Position numbers and translations under genes: made by a program
In this document: one piece after another, positions 1 to 11,351 of the stretch
Layout of the letters: every line of letters starts with the position of its first letter
How positions within the stretch are numbered: position 1 is the stretch's first letter
The notes under the pieces: model-generated
What the model was told of the DNA's origin: nothing
Databases searched by the model: none
Seen by the model: the letters and a program-made list of their open reading frames with translations, nothing else
NCBI GenBank assembly: GCA_051294375.1
Contig: CM119266.1
Location: 22,916,638-22,980,637, forward strand
Source: Paraspadella gotoi
Lineage: Eukaryota > Animalia > Chaetognatha
Direction of reading: 5' to 3'
Length of the DNA stretch: 64,000 nt

Positions 1-780
1 TTTCTCCTTCTCTGTTTTTCTTCGCGTCCTCCTCCTCCTCGCTCTTCCTCGTTCTCGTCCATCGCTCGTTCTCTGTCCGCGGATTCGCCCGATCGTCGAA
101 CGCGACGCTTCTCATTTGGTCGACTCGTTTCCGAGCGTCGTCCAGGTCCGGATTCTCATCCCGATCTTTCGGCTTCGGGCTCTCGCGCGCGATACGGCGG
201 CCGCTCAGCGAGACGCCTGCTGCCACCTATTTTTCGAAATCGCGGAACCTCCGCTTCTCGCGGAACCTACGTTCGATGGCGACGACGACGACGACGACGG
301 CAACTCCCGTAAGCCCGCGGGAAACGGGAGATAAATGTCAGGCCATAACCATAAAAGGAGAGAACAATAATCTTTGGGCGATAAAACACAAATGAACTCT
401 TGAAAAGTTTGACGATAGAGTGAAAACTGCGAGCGCCGCCTTTTCGCCACTCGGCCGAACCCCCCCTCCTCCGCCCCCCCTTTACGCACACGCCCGTCAA
501 TGGGATTCATTACGCAACAAGGTGTATAACACATGAATAATTCTTTTCAGCTCGTTACGTAAGGACGGGGTCATTACGGGACGTAAACTGTTTCAGCTGG
601 GCCGGCGGGTTGTGTATATAAAGTGTTTGTCTGTGTGTGTGTTCGACGGGGCGTCGGGTGTGGGGTCTTTGACGGCGAATCCATGTGGCTTATAGACCGT
701 ACCGAAGAGAGAGAGAGAGAGAGAGAGAGGAGAAGAGAGAGAGATGAGATGAGAGAGAGAGAAAGAGAAAGAGAAAGAGA

Positions 781-813
<33 letters not shown>

Positions 814-1297
814 CGACGGGAAAGAGAGAGTAAGAGACTATTTGGGAGTACCAAAACCATTTCTTAACGATTTACGTCATAAATTGGGAGTCCGGAATTT
901 GTAACGAGTAGAGAGAGAGCAGAGAGTAAGAGAGAGAGAGAGAGGAGAGAGAGAACATTATGACGCTATATTTTTAGCTCATCGAAGGATGCAGGACAAA
1001 TTTGTTCAGGACAGGTAACTGTCGTGGTTTCTATATAGAAGCTTAAAGGACCGTCAAGCGGAGGCGAGTTGGATCTGACGAATTTGAAAACCTTCATTAG
1101 AAATAAAGAAAGAAAAAAACGGAATTTAAAAGATACGAGCGGTACAAACGCATTATGCCTTGTGAATACGACGACGAAGACGGACGAAACGACGTCAGAT
1201 GGCAAACGAGAACGAGGCTCCGCCCACCCTTTCTTTCCGATGACGGGAAGCGGATTCGCGGCATCCCTTTACGGAAACTGAACAGGTTGAGAGAAGA

Positions 1298-1350
<53 letters not shown>

Positions 1351-1858
1351 TGACAGATCGATAGATAGACGTAGAGAATAGTAGCAAGAGACTATAGTAA
1401 AAGCATCCCAACTTCCATATGATTAAAGTTTCTTTAATATTTTACAGTTAGTTTTGGCCAACGCCCCCCCACCCTTAAAAAAGACTCTCCTTGCATTGCC
1501 TGCACCCTCCTCTTTCCCTACCACCATACTACTATCAAGCACTCTCACTCTTCCTGGATTCGACTTTCCAATTCCTAACTCGACCCATTTGACCTCGCTG
1601 CCGTCGCAGCGCCGTAGTCGCCGCAGCCGCCGCAGCCGTCGCAGCCGCCGGAGAGAAAAGGACGCAGCCATTTCCGCGTACGTTGCAGCGTCGTCGATGG
1701 GAAATTCCCAGAACCCGCAATCCTTGTCTCGATTCGTTCCTTACCCATTTTTAAGGGACCCGCCCTCGCTTTAATTCAAGGCCCTTTTTCCTTCTAGTCA
1801 AAGACCCCACTCTCTATCCACTAAGCTCTACATTCTCTCTTCTCTCATCTCTCTCTCT

Positions 1859-1926
<68 letters not shown>

Positions 1927-3160
1927 CTCTCTAAATCCTCTCCTTCACCGCCTCCACAATCCTCCCTGACCTGCTTTTACATTTCCGATTTCCACTAACC
2001 TTTTTCAAGCCTTACTTACCATTTTTTCAACTTTCCCCCCTAAGCCATTTATCACACTTCACTTTCTATGTCACTCCCGGCCTTCACAATCCCGTCACTT
2101 CCCCAAAACCCCCAAAGGACCCCCCCCATCCACCCTTTCCCATTTCCGTGTTTCCGCCCTCTACTTCGATGGTGCAGGACGTTGATTCATGGGCGACCAT
2201 CGAGGAACATCATTAAACGGACCTTCGGACGCCCTTCCGCGCTTCGAGGTTCGGTGCTAGAAACGGACCCAAAATGCTTTTCGCTAATCGGCCCCTTATC
2301 GCTTCTAGAATCGCCCGGCATCGTTCTTGAGATCGCCTATGAATCTTCCATCTGTCAACTTTTCAAATTTCGCATTTAAGGCTCATTCTTATTGCTTGCA
2401 AATTAATTGGTATTACAACTTATAATGTCATATTTCAAAAGTTTATTTTTCAAGGACTAATTTCTAAAGGAGGTGCGTGCTTTAGTTTAATTCCTTCTTC
2501 ATTTCTGTTCTCTGTTCCATTCAGATCTTCTCACCACCCAATCCTTTCAAGTGGTTCATTCGCTCCATATGTTTTGGATTCGACTTCGAGTGAATCAACT
2601 CAACCCAGCCCGACTCTTCAGCTCACCCGACCTCACCCCTTTTTAGCGCTGTCTTTTCCATGTCAAGGTATCGCTTATTCAATCGATGGACATTCCGTTC
2701 AAGTTTTCTTTCTTTTATTTACTAACTTTATAATTTTTAAAATCGTTTTCTTTTTTTCTATCCACTGTCTTTTCTTTTCTTTTTCTTTTCTTTTTCTTTT
2801 ATTTTTAATTTCCCCTCTTTTCCTAACTTTACCTCTCTTTTTTTCATCCTGCTTCCATCGAGATTGGCGTCATTCGTCCCCCCTTGGTATCTGCTTTGCT
2901 CTGCCAGTGAACCAAGATTTTTGGGCACGGACGATAACGGCACGACGACGAATGTACATCTTCTTTTTTAATCAATCACAGAAAAAGATTTACTATTAAT
3001 TTTTGACGCTTGCGACTTAAGTAATTATTATGCGTAAAGCACGCGTCGTTCTGAAATAAACAATTTTTTTGGCACAAACTTACCTATTTATGCTATTAAT
3101 TATTTCTGATCGATCTCTAACGAATTGGTCTCTCTCTCCCTTCCCTCTTCTCGTCTCTCT

Positions 3161-3205
<45 letters not shown>

Positions 3206-3535
3206 TCTCGTTTGCTTAATTCGACGCAGATTTATGCCCCCACGTCATAATTATTGTGCCTCGGTCTCGGCGAAGGCAGATGTCAACGGTTGACAAGCTC
3301 CTCCTATCTTTCGGGGGCGAGTGAGAGAGAGCGAGAGAGCGAGATGAGAGAAAGAGAGAGACCAGAGAGATTTCATCATCAATAAATTCGTCAATCCGTG
3401 TTCTATGATTTAAAGATTTAATCAATATTAAATCGTGACAGCCAAACAAATGCAAACACTATTACTTCTCATTTCCATATTTATACAATTCAGTACAAAA
3501 CATTGCTATTCCATAATTCATTTCTTATCCTCTCT
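1..3535 (+). repeat. Near-identical direct copy of ~11965-15603
   Basis: Collinear match from TCTGTTTTTCTTCGCGTCCTCC to CCATAATTCATT. Differences are mostly 1-2 bp indels. Ends at a 25-N gap. Confidence 0.95.
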
Positions 3536-3560
3536 NNNNNNNNNNNNNNNNNNNNNNNNN

Positions 3561-6500
3561 GGGCAAAAACATTCAAAAATTCGGATAAGAGGTTTTAAAT
3601 ATTCGATGAAATCACGTCAATGCTATTCCGTTGATTAAAAAAAATTGAAAAACTAATTCATTACCCTCTTATTAGTTCGGTTTGTTTTCAATATTTAGAT
3701 TTTATTCGACTCTCATTTTCTTTCGTTAAAAAATCACATCTTTCCCTCCCGCCTTTTTCTTTACAAACGCAACGGTTCTTTCCTTTTTTTTCCCTTTCCT
3801 CCTTTCAATCACTGTTTTTCTCAATCCCCTTTCACCCTTACCCCCCCCTTCTCCTCTCCTTTCTCCCTCCCACCCTCTCCCTCTCTCCGTTTTTCCGCGC
3901 CATAAAAGAAAACTACTACGTAACAAATGCGTTTGAAAGAACTCGATGCCCACGCCGTCCTCCAGACCCATAATTCCTCCACTAAATGTTAAAGAAGAGG
4001 AGGGGATGAGCTCTTTTATCTCTGTTTGCGCGCGAGAGGATGGGAGGGAGGAAAGTGGATTAAAGAACTTGATATATGGAGAGTTGGGGATGTCAATTTC
4101 TAATGCAGTCTAATTTAGTCGAATCTATGACCTAACTAATATCTTCCGATTGCACCGTCTATCTATGATCCCACTGTCGAGCCGTTTCGCTCCAGACTCT
4201 CCCTCCATCTATTCTTCTCACACTAAATTTTCAAGAAGAGGAGGGTAACTCGAGTCCTTCCTTTCTTATATCTTTCTCTTCTTCCTTCTCAACGTTTTCG
4301 CTGCTCGTCCTTCCGCTCAGAGGTCTACTCGGGAGGTCTCCTCTCTCGAGGCTCTCTCCAAAATCGTTCTGAGGAAAGGAGGTCTCACTCGTCTCAAATC
4401 CTTGGTTCAAGGGAGGAGGTTCCGGATAAGGGAGGATGGCCACAGGAGTTTGGTGGAGACGAATACGCGTTTTTGGTTCCTTTGGGGCGAGAAGACCGAC
4501 AAAGAGAGAGAGAGAGGAGAGAGAGAGAGAGAAGAGAGAGGAGAGAGCAGAGACGAGATGAGACGACGAAGAGAGAGACGCAGTCGATAGCAGAGAGAAA
4601 GGAAAAAGGAAGGCGTTGGGGACGTGAGGAGTGAACGCATGGTAATTTCGTCGTTCGATACGAGAGCGTAGATTGCGGGCCGACAAGAAATATACAAAAA
4701 CAAGAAAGGACAGACACAAGAAATAGAAATAAAAAGTTAGAAAAACTCATAAAAAAATCTATCATACTATTTTAGATACNNNNNNNNNNNNNNNNNNNNN
4801 NNNNAGGATAAATCATAGAAATGAAAATATTAATTAATCCTCACTAAATGTTAAATAAAAAAAACTGAGAGAAAAAATTTATTTCCCAAAACGAGGTAAT
4901 CCCGTCTTTCCCTCCACAAAAACAACAAAGAAAACCTTGTAACTGCGCGAGGACCGCGCTCCCGGGTGCAGACAGTAAACACCGTTATTCATGGGCCATT
5001 GAATCAACCGAGAGACAGTTTATTGTCTGTTGAGTCCAAAACCCCGCGCCAACGTCGCTAACCTCCATGGCGCAGCGTTTTCGTGGTGGAGGTGGAGCGC
5101 GAATCGCCTCTGCCCCATGAAAGGAGCGATTAGTAACGCATCGGGAGAATTCCTTCGTCCTTTCCCTTTCACCTCGTAACCCTTCACTCCACGTCACTCC
5201 CACGTTCCTTGCGTCCCTTTCTCTTTCACTCCCACCACCTCCAAAATCGTCTCTGCCATTCGCTCAAAACTTCCCACGATCGTCGAGCGAATGGACTTTC
5301 CTCGAATATCCTGCGGGCGGGGCGAGCGATGTCTCTTCGCCGCTCGTTAGGTTTTTTTCAATCACCGACACTTATCAAACCTTACCAAATCTTACTCATA
5401 TTGTTAAAATTCTTCTTTGTCTACAATTTATAATTCACACAGCCTGACACAGTTTCAAAATCTATTTGTAATTTTTTACGACCACTTCTTCAGGAGACCG
5501 TCAAACATCGTCCATCAAAACAGAAACTTACACTTCTTCTAACGACAGAAAACGTCAGTCAAACAAACCCGTTACCCTTTTTTTTTCACATCAACCTGCT
5601 TAGCCCTCTGTGACTCCTCCTCCCGTTTCTCACAAACCCTTACCCATCTCCACGAGACCATATCCCTCGCCCCTCCCCCTTCCACCGAGCGGATTTATTG
5701 CCTTCCGGTCAGCGCCTAACAAGAAGCCATCATCGCCAGCACTAAGTCAAAGTCAAACGCCAGGCGAGACACAAACGGATTGCGGCCGACTGATTTAATG
5801 GTCGACTTTATTATGAATTCCTTCACTCCCTTTTTTTCGTTCTCACAAACACTCTCTCTCTCTCTCTCTCTAAGCTCCTCTTTCCCCCTCTCTCTGTCTC
5901 TATCCCCCTGTCTCAGCCTTTCCAACATCCCCGTCGCGCCTAATGAGGGGCCAGCGAGTTATAACGCAATAATAATAACGATTTCGCCTGCAAATGAAGG
6001 GAATTATGGACGAAACGGGAACTCGATTAGATCCTTTCAAATTCGATGAACGAGACTGGGCCATCCTCTTTGATTCCCGCTCGTTTAACAAATACCAATG
6101 AATCGATCCGTTTTTAAAAAAAAATAAAAAACTCTTCTAGTTAAATTTATAATAAACTCTTCTCCTCTAATGATAGATAGCGATCAGACCGCTTCATGGA
6201 AATAAGTAGACGTGTCCAACGAATCTTTCTCACATCGCTCAATTTCTTTCAACACCTCTCTCTCTCCTCCTCTCTCTCTCTCATCTCTCTCTCTTTCTGA
6301 GGCACTATATGTTGCTTTCCCTCCACTTATCTGCGACGCTGATTGGTCCAGGCCGCGACTTCAGCCGCGGACTTCCTCGGCGGGGAGTAGTCCACTCCTG
6401 ATTCGCTCGTCTTTGGCCGCGAAGGAAGGAGGATTACTCTTCTTCTCTTTCCTCACTCTCTCTCCTTTCGCGTCCTCTTTCGCGAGTCTTACTCTTCGAA

Positions 6501-8562
6501 TTTCGGGAGAAATTTTATCATTTCTCATGAAAAATCAGTCAATGTCAATAAGGAAAAAGTATATGAAGCTAGAAATAATAACTTTTTAAAATAAAAATAA
6601 AATGGCATTATTTTACTTTTACCGACCGGAGTAGTTAGGATTTAGAAAGGTTTTATGGTTAGGGTAATTTGGGTAATAATTTTTTTAAAAAAATGTTTAA
6701 ATATATTTTAAATAGTTTTTCAAAAACGGCCAAAACCCCAGTGCTAAAGTAAAATTAACAATAAAAAATTTCGAATTTTTAAATAATTTTTAATTTTGTA
6801 ATTATGACTTTGCTTTGTCCGTCCTGGTTCAAGTTTAACTTTGGTCTTTTGTCTGGGAATGCTGACAGTGTTTAGAGAGGTCGCATTCAATCAAACTGCT
6901 TGCTTAATGCGGGTCTTAAAAGTAAAAACAAAAGTTCCCTTTCAATAATGTCTCTCCAGACTTAGGCAAAGATTTTAGGCAATATTTTTTCTTAAATAGT
7001 AATAAACACTTTTTTTGGTTTTAACCTAGTAGTTAACTGAATAAAAGTAGGCAATTTTTAATTAAGTAAAGGATCTTTAAAAAACTAATATATAACTGAT
7101 AAACCTTATGATCTAATTTGCTAAGATTTAAAAGGAAGTATTTTTGGGCTTAAAATATAGTAAAACAAATTGAAAATATAGGTTGATAACGAAATTAAAA
7201 ATAATAAAAGAAATTATATTGTTTTATTTGTTCTTTAAAAAATAAAATAATAAGCAAATATTTTTGATTCAAAAATTGCCTATCTTAATTAAAAAAAATA
7301 ATTTCTTACCTAGGCAATTTTAATAACACTTTGCCAGTTAATCAGGCAAAATATTACCTAGTTCAACCCTTACATCAGACTTACCACTGCTTACAGTTAT
7401 ACATAATTAAACTCGAAAAAATTAAATTGTTAAGAGATTCAATAATAGTTTTTCAGAAAGAGTCATTCTTACAAGATACGATTCATTAAACTATTTTTTT
7501 ATGGGATTTACTTGCAAGCACAAAAATAATTGTAAGAAATTAGAAAAAATAAAGAGTCGAATATATTACTTTTTGAAAAAATGATGATTATTTCTTACAT
7601 TTATTTTCTGCTGGAAAGTAAAGACCACAAAAAGAATGCTTCAATTATAATATATATTTAAAGCTTTTTCATAAAATTATATTTTCATACGGATTTGAGA
7701 CTTTAAAAGTGATAGAAACCTTATAGTTATACATCTTGATAAGGTTAAAAAGATTGTTTTATCAAAATTGAAATGATCCATATTGCGTTGGAGCATATAT
7801 TATATATGCTTTATTCTTTTTTCACTATAAAAAAATAGCTAAAGAATGCAATTACCGCATTTATAAAAAGAATTCTGGCATGAATATTTTTCAAGTTTTT
7901 TTATTTTAGATGTGATTATGTAAACAATTGGTAACATTTAAAAGCACGAGAAAAGTAAAAGCAAAAACCTAAGAGAGAGAGAGAAAAAGTGTCAGAGCGG
8001 TATTTTCGCGATCTTTTCGCGACCCAAGAGAACCGCGACGATGGCTCCGTCGGTAGAGAAAGGAAGAGGATCTCGCTCATTTTTCGAGAGTCACCGACGC
8101 GGATGACCTCCGACTTTCGACCGGCGGTAAGAGAGAGAGAGGAGCGGACAGAGAGGGAAGCCTTTTGTTCTACCGCGGGCTGCGTTCGATTGTCGACGCT
8201 AGCCCATGCTCTTTCTCTCTCTATCTCTCTCATGCTCTCCTCGCTCTCTCTCTCTCTTCTCGTCTCGTCGTCTCTTTCTCTCTCTCTCTCTCTCTCTCTC
8301 CATCTCTCTCTCATCTCCATCGTCTCTCTCCTCCCCCTTTCGCATTCCTCTCTCGCCTCTCGACTAGTCGTCTGACACCCTTCTCATTTCTCTCATCTCT
8401 CTCTCACGTCTCCCTCTCTCCTCGTTTCTCTCTCTGGATGTCGTGACTTCAAGAATTAATGAAGAACAAATGTGTTCTGCGATTACCTCCCAGCCTCATT
8501 GGCCCCTGTTTGATCGTTGCCTTTTAACATGGTAAATTCAATTAAATCATAGAAACGTTCTT

Positions 8563-8597
<35 letters not shown>

Positions 8598-9183
8598 CTC
8601 TCGTCTCTCTCTTCCTCTCTTCTCTCCTCTCTCTCTCTCTTCTCTCCTCTCTATTTCCCTCTGCCTTTAACTCTATATGAAAGTCTCTTGATAAACAAGC
8701 GGAATAAATTACTTGAATGATGTGTTCAAAATTTTTTTTGTGACAGGATTTTGTTCGACAGCCAATTAAAGATGAAATAGACGTTGATAATTCAGTCATG
8801 TTCTCTCGGGTGGTCTAACACTTTCAAGTAAAATTTTAACTTTTTATAATTTTTTTTAATCGGTGTTTTTTTTAAATTTTAAACGATATTTTTAATAAGT
8901 TTTTATCCAGAAATATCAGAAATATCAAACGGAAGATATTTTAATTTTTAACGATGAAAGTTATTATATTACGTCATTTAAGATTAATTCGAAATTTTCT
9001 CTTTCATCGTTTTATCCGAACCCCTCACTTTGACAGTGTTTCCGTGATACTTTTATAAAAGTTTAAATAAAAACACATTCCTATCGGATAGCACCACTCT
9101 CCAGAGTACAAAATAAGACAAACAAACCTTAATTACTCTTTCCCAACCCTTCAGCCCCCCCCCTTGGCACCGCCCTCTCTTAC
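3561..9183 (-). other. 5' part of the Dfd intron between the hexapeptide and homeobox exons
   Basis: Starts at the GTAAGA donor right after the hexapeptide codons, the usual Hox intron position. No homeobox-coding sequence seen downstream. Continuity across the 25-N gaps at 4780-4804 and 3536-3560 is unverified. Confidence 0.7.
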
Positions 9184-10180
9184 ATGTAGCGACGTGTACT
9201 TTCTTCATCCATGGGTAAATGACGGGCGCCTGTCCGTTTCCGTTGTGGTCGGCCATCTCGAGGTCGTCGGGGTCATCAGGGTCGAAGCCGTGACCCAGCC
9301 GAGGGTCGTGGTGGGGGTGGTGGGGATGATCGTGTGGGTGAAGGGGTGGGGAGGGATGGGGGTCGAGGACGAGAGGAGGCGGAGGCTGGTTCGGCGGCGG
9401 CGGAGGTTGTTGAGAGTGATGTTGCTGATGGGGCTGAGGCTGCTGCTGTTGATGGTGACCGGCGGCCACGGAGGTGGGTTGCTGCAGCGACTGGGACAGC
9501 GAGGCGACGGGCATACCGTTGGAGGCGGCCAGGGAATGCGGCGGCATNNNNNNNNNNNNNNNNNNNNNNNNNNNNNNNNNNNNNNNNNNNNNNNNNNNNN
9601 NNNNNNNNNNNNNNNNNNNNNNNNNNNNNNNNNNNNNNNNNNNNNNNNNNNNNNNNNNNNNNNNNNNNNNNNNNNNNNNNNNNNNNNNNNNNNNNNNNNN
9701 NNNNNNNNNNNNNNNNNNNNNNNNNNNNNNNNNNNNNNNNNNNNNCCCGCCGGCGCCGCCCACCGGCGCCCCGCCGCCTCCGCCGTTGCTCATTCCGTTG
9801 GCGGGGCCGTTGCTGCAATGCTGCGACGTCTGTTGTTGCTGCTGCTGCTGTTGTTGCTGCTGCGACTGATGCAACGGAGACATGTTGTGATGAGAGGGAA
9901 CGCCCGGCACTGAGCAAGCATAGTTACTGGCGTTGTGGTGGCCGTAGTGTTCCTCGTAGCCCCGCTGGTCGTAAGGGTTGTAGTGGTGATGGGAGGCTCG
10001 CGAGTGGTGGTGATGGTGTGGATGATGGTGGTGGTAGTAGTCGCCGGGGTGGTGGTGGGGGTGGTGCCCGTAACCCGACACCCCGTAATCGTCCAGGGCG
10101 GCGGGCGGGAATTTGGTGTCGAGCAGGGTGTTGTAGGGCGAGGCCGCCGCCGACGACGAGTCCATGAGAAAGGCGCTCAT
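9184..10180 (-). CDS. Dfd: Hox paralogy group 4 (Deformed) transcription factor, coding exon 1 (N-terminus to hexapeptide). The homeobox exon is not seen in the window.
   Basis: ATG at 10180. The translation has MSAFLMDSS (Hox4-type MSSFLMNS start), LDTKFPPAALDDY (Hox4 DPKFPPxEEY box), His/Gln/Gly/Pro-rich tracts and VIYPWMKKVHV (Dfd/Hox4-type hexapeptide). The minus strand then reads GCT ACA T|GTAAGA, a GT donor at 9183-9182. 997 nt = 332 codons + 1 (phase 1). A 198-N gap (9548-9745) interrupts the exon, so its true length is uncertain. The ORF-track extension to 9053 is intron read-through. Confidence 0.93.
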
Positions 10181-11290
10181 TGTTTCTTTCCTTTTGTTTT
10201 TTTCCTTGTTAATGTTTATTTGAACAATATTTTTATTCGTTTGGATCGACGTATAAAAATTTAACGTTCTTTTTTTTCTTTTTTCTTTTTTTCGTTTCGA
10301 TGTGAGTATTTTAATTAATAATATTACTTTATTTTCATGAAACCGATGATGAGTCGAAGTGGCGAAGTTAAAACCGTGGAAGAAAAAAAAATTGAATCGA
10401 CAATTTAATTATTTCTTTCTTTTTTTTCGCCGATGAAAACGAATTTAATTTAATTTCGCTGCGTCACGCTGCGTCGGCGTCCGCGTCACGGAGACGCCAC
10501 GAGTCCGAGTTTGACGTCGCCGCCATGAATCACGAAAAATAAACGACGAAGGATCGAATTTTTTTTTTTTTACGAAGACGTGAGGGGGAAAAAATAAGAG
10601 AGCGCCGCGTCTCGCTCTCTCTCGCGCGCGCGGGTGGGGGAATGAATTGAAATGAAAAAAACCGCGAGCGCGAACAGAGACGGAGACAAAAACGCGCGCT
10701 CGTTCTCTCGCGTGTTCGGCGGAAAGGGGGGGGAAGGGGCGCGCGTGAACGTAAATCGCGCGAGTGAGAGAGAGAGAGAGAGAGAGGAAAAGAGCGCGAG
10801 AGAGAGAGACACGTCGCGAGATTTTTTTTTCGCTGTTGTCGTCGTTGATGATTTACGCTCTCGCTCTCTCTCTCTCTCTTTTTCGTTCACTCGCTCTCTG
10901 TCCGTTTTTTAATCTTTTACTCTCTCTCTCTCTTTATTTGTTTTTTTTTCTCTCGTCTCGTTTCTGAGGCCAAAACGGGGAAGTTTCGAGTGACGTCGTC
11001 GAAAGAAGCGAAGACAGAGACAGAGACGGGGGGGGGAGGTGATCGGCTGCGAAGGCCGCGACGGTGGTCAATGCTGCGTCGATGACGATGATGACGTCGA
11101 TGACACCGACGACGATGGCGACGACGATGGCGACGACTCCGCGACGAGCCTGTTATGATAAATAGGAAGAGCGTGATTTTTCGATAGGAGGTCTACGATG
11201 ACGACGACGACGATGACGACGATGACGACGACGACGAATATAAAGATTTATGTCTCTCGGAGTAACGACGACAGAGACGAGGCAAAAATT

Positions 11291-11350
<60 letters not shown>
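10181..11350 (-). promoter_or_regulatory. Putative Dfd 5'UTR and proximal promoter
   Basis: Immediately upstream of the ATG. CpG/CGCG-rich, with GAGA tracts, GCCGCCAT (10519-10526), several TGACG/CGTCA half-sites and minus-strand Inr-like TCATTC/TCATTT at ~10640-10655. The TSS cannot be fixed from sequence. Confidence 0.5.

Positions 11351-11351
<1 letters not shown>

Noticed and set aside
3040-3075. Minus-strand TATTTCAGAACGACGCGTG resembling WFQNRRM codons
   Set aside because: No Trp codon and wrong frame in the cleaner copies, with no upstream helix 1/2 similarity. A chance match.
4231-4719. Minus-strand ORF containing EPKTRIRLHQ and SFPQND as a possible Dfd homeobox exon
   Set aside because: The resemblance to EPKRQRTAY and WFQNRR is superficial. 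There is no LELEKEF or RRRIEIA, the spacing is wrong, and the ORF begins in a TC microsatellite.
9164-10264. Overlapping plus-strand and alternative-frame ORFs over Dfd exon 1
   Set aside because: Shadow ORFs of a GC-rich, low-complexity coding exon, lengthened by the N gap.
10607-10655. Inr + DPE core promoter for Dfd
   Set aside because: Minus-strand TCATTC (A at 10643) and AGACG (from 10612) are 4 bp off the strict +28 spacing, so it cannot be called without TSS data.
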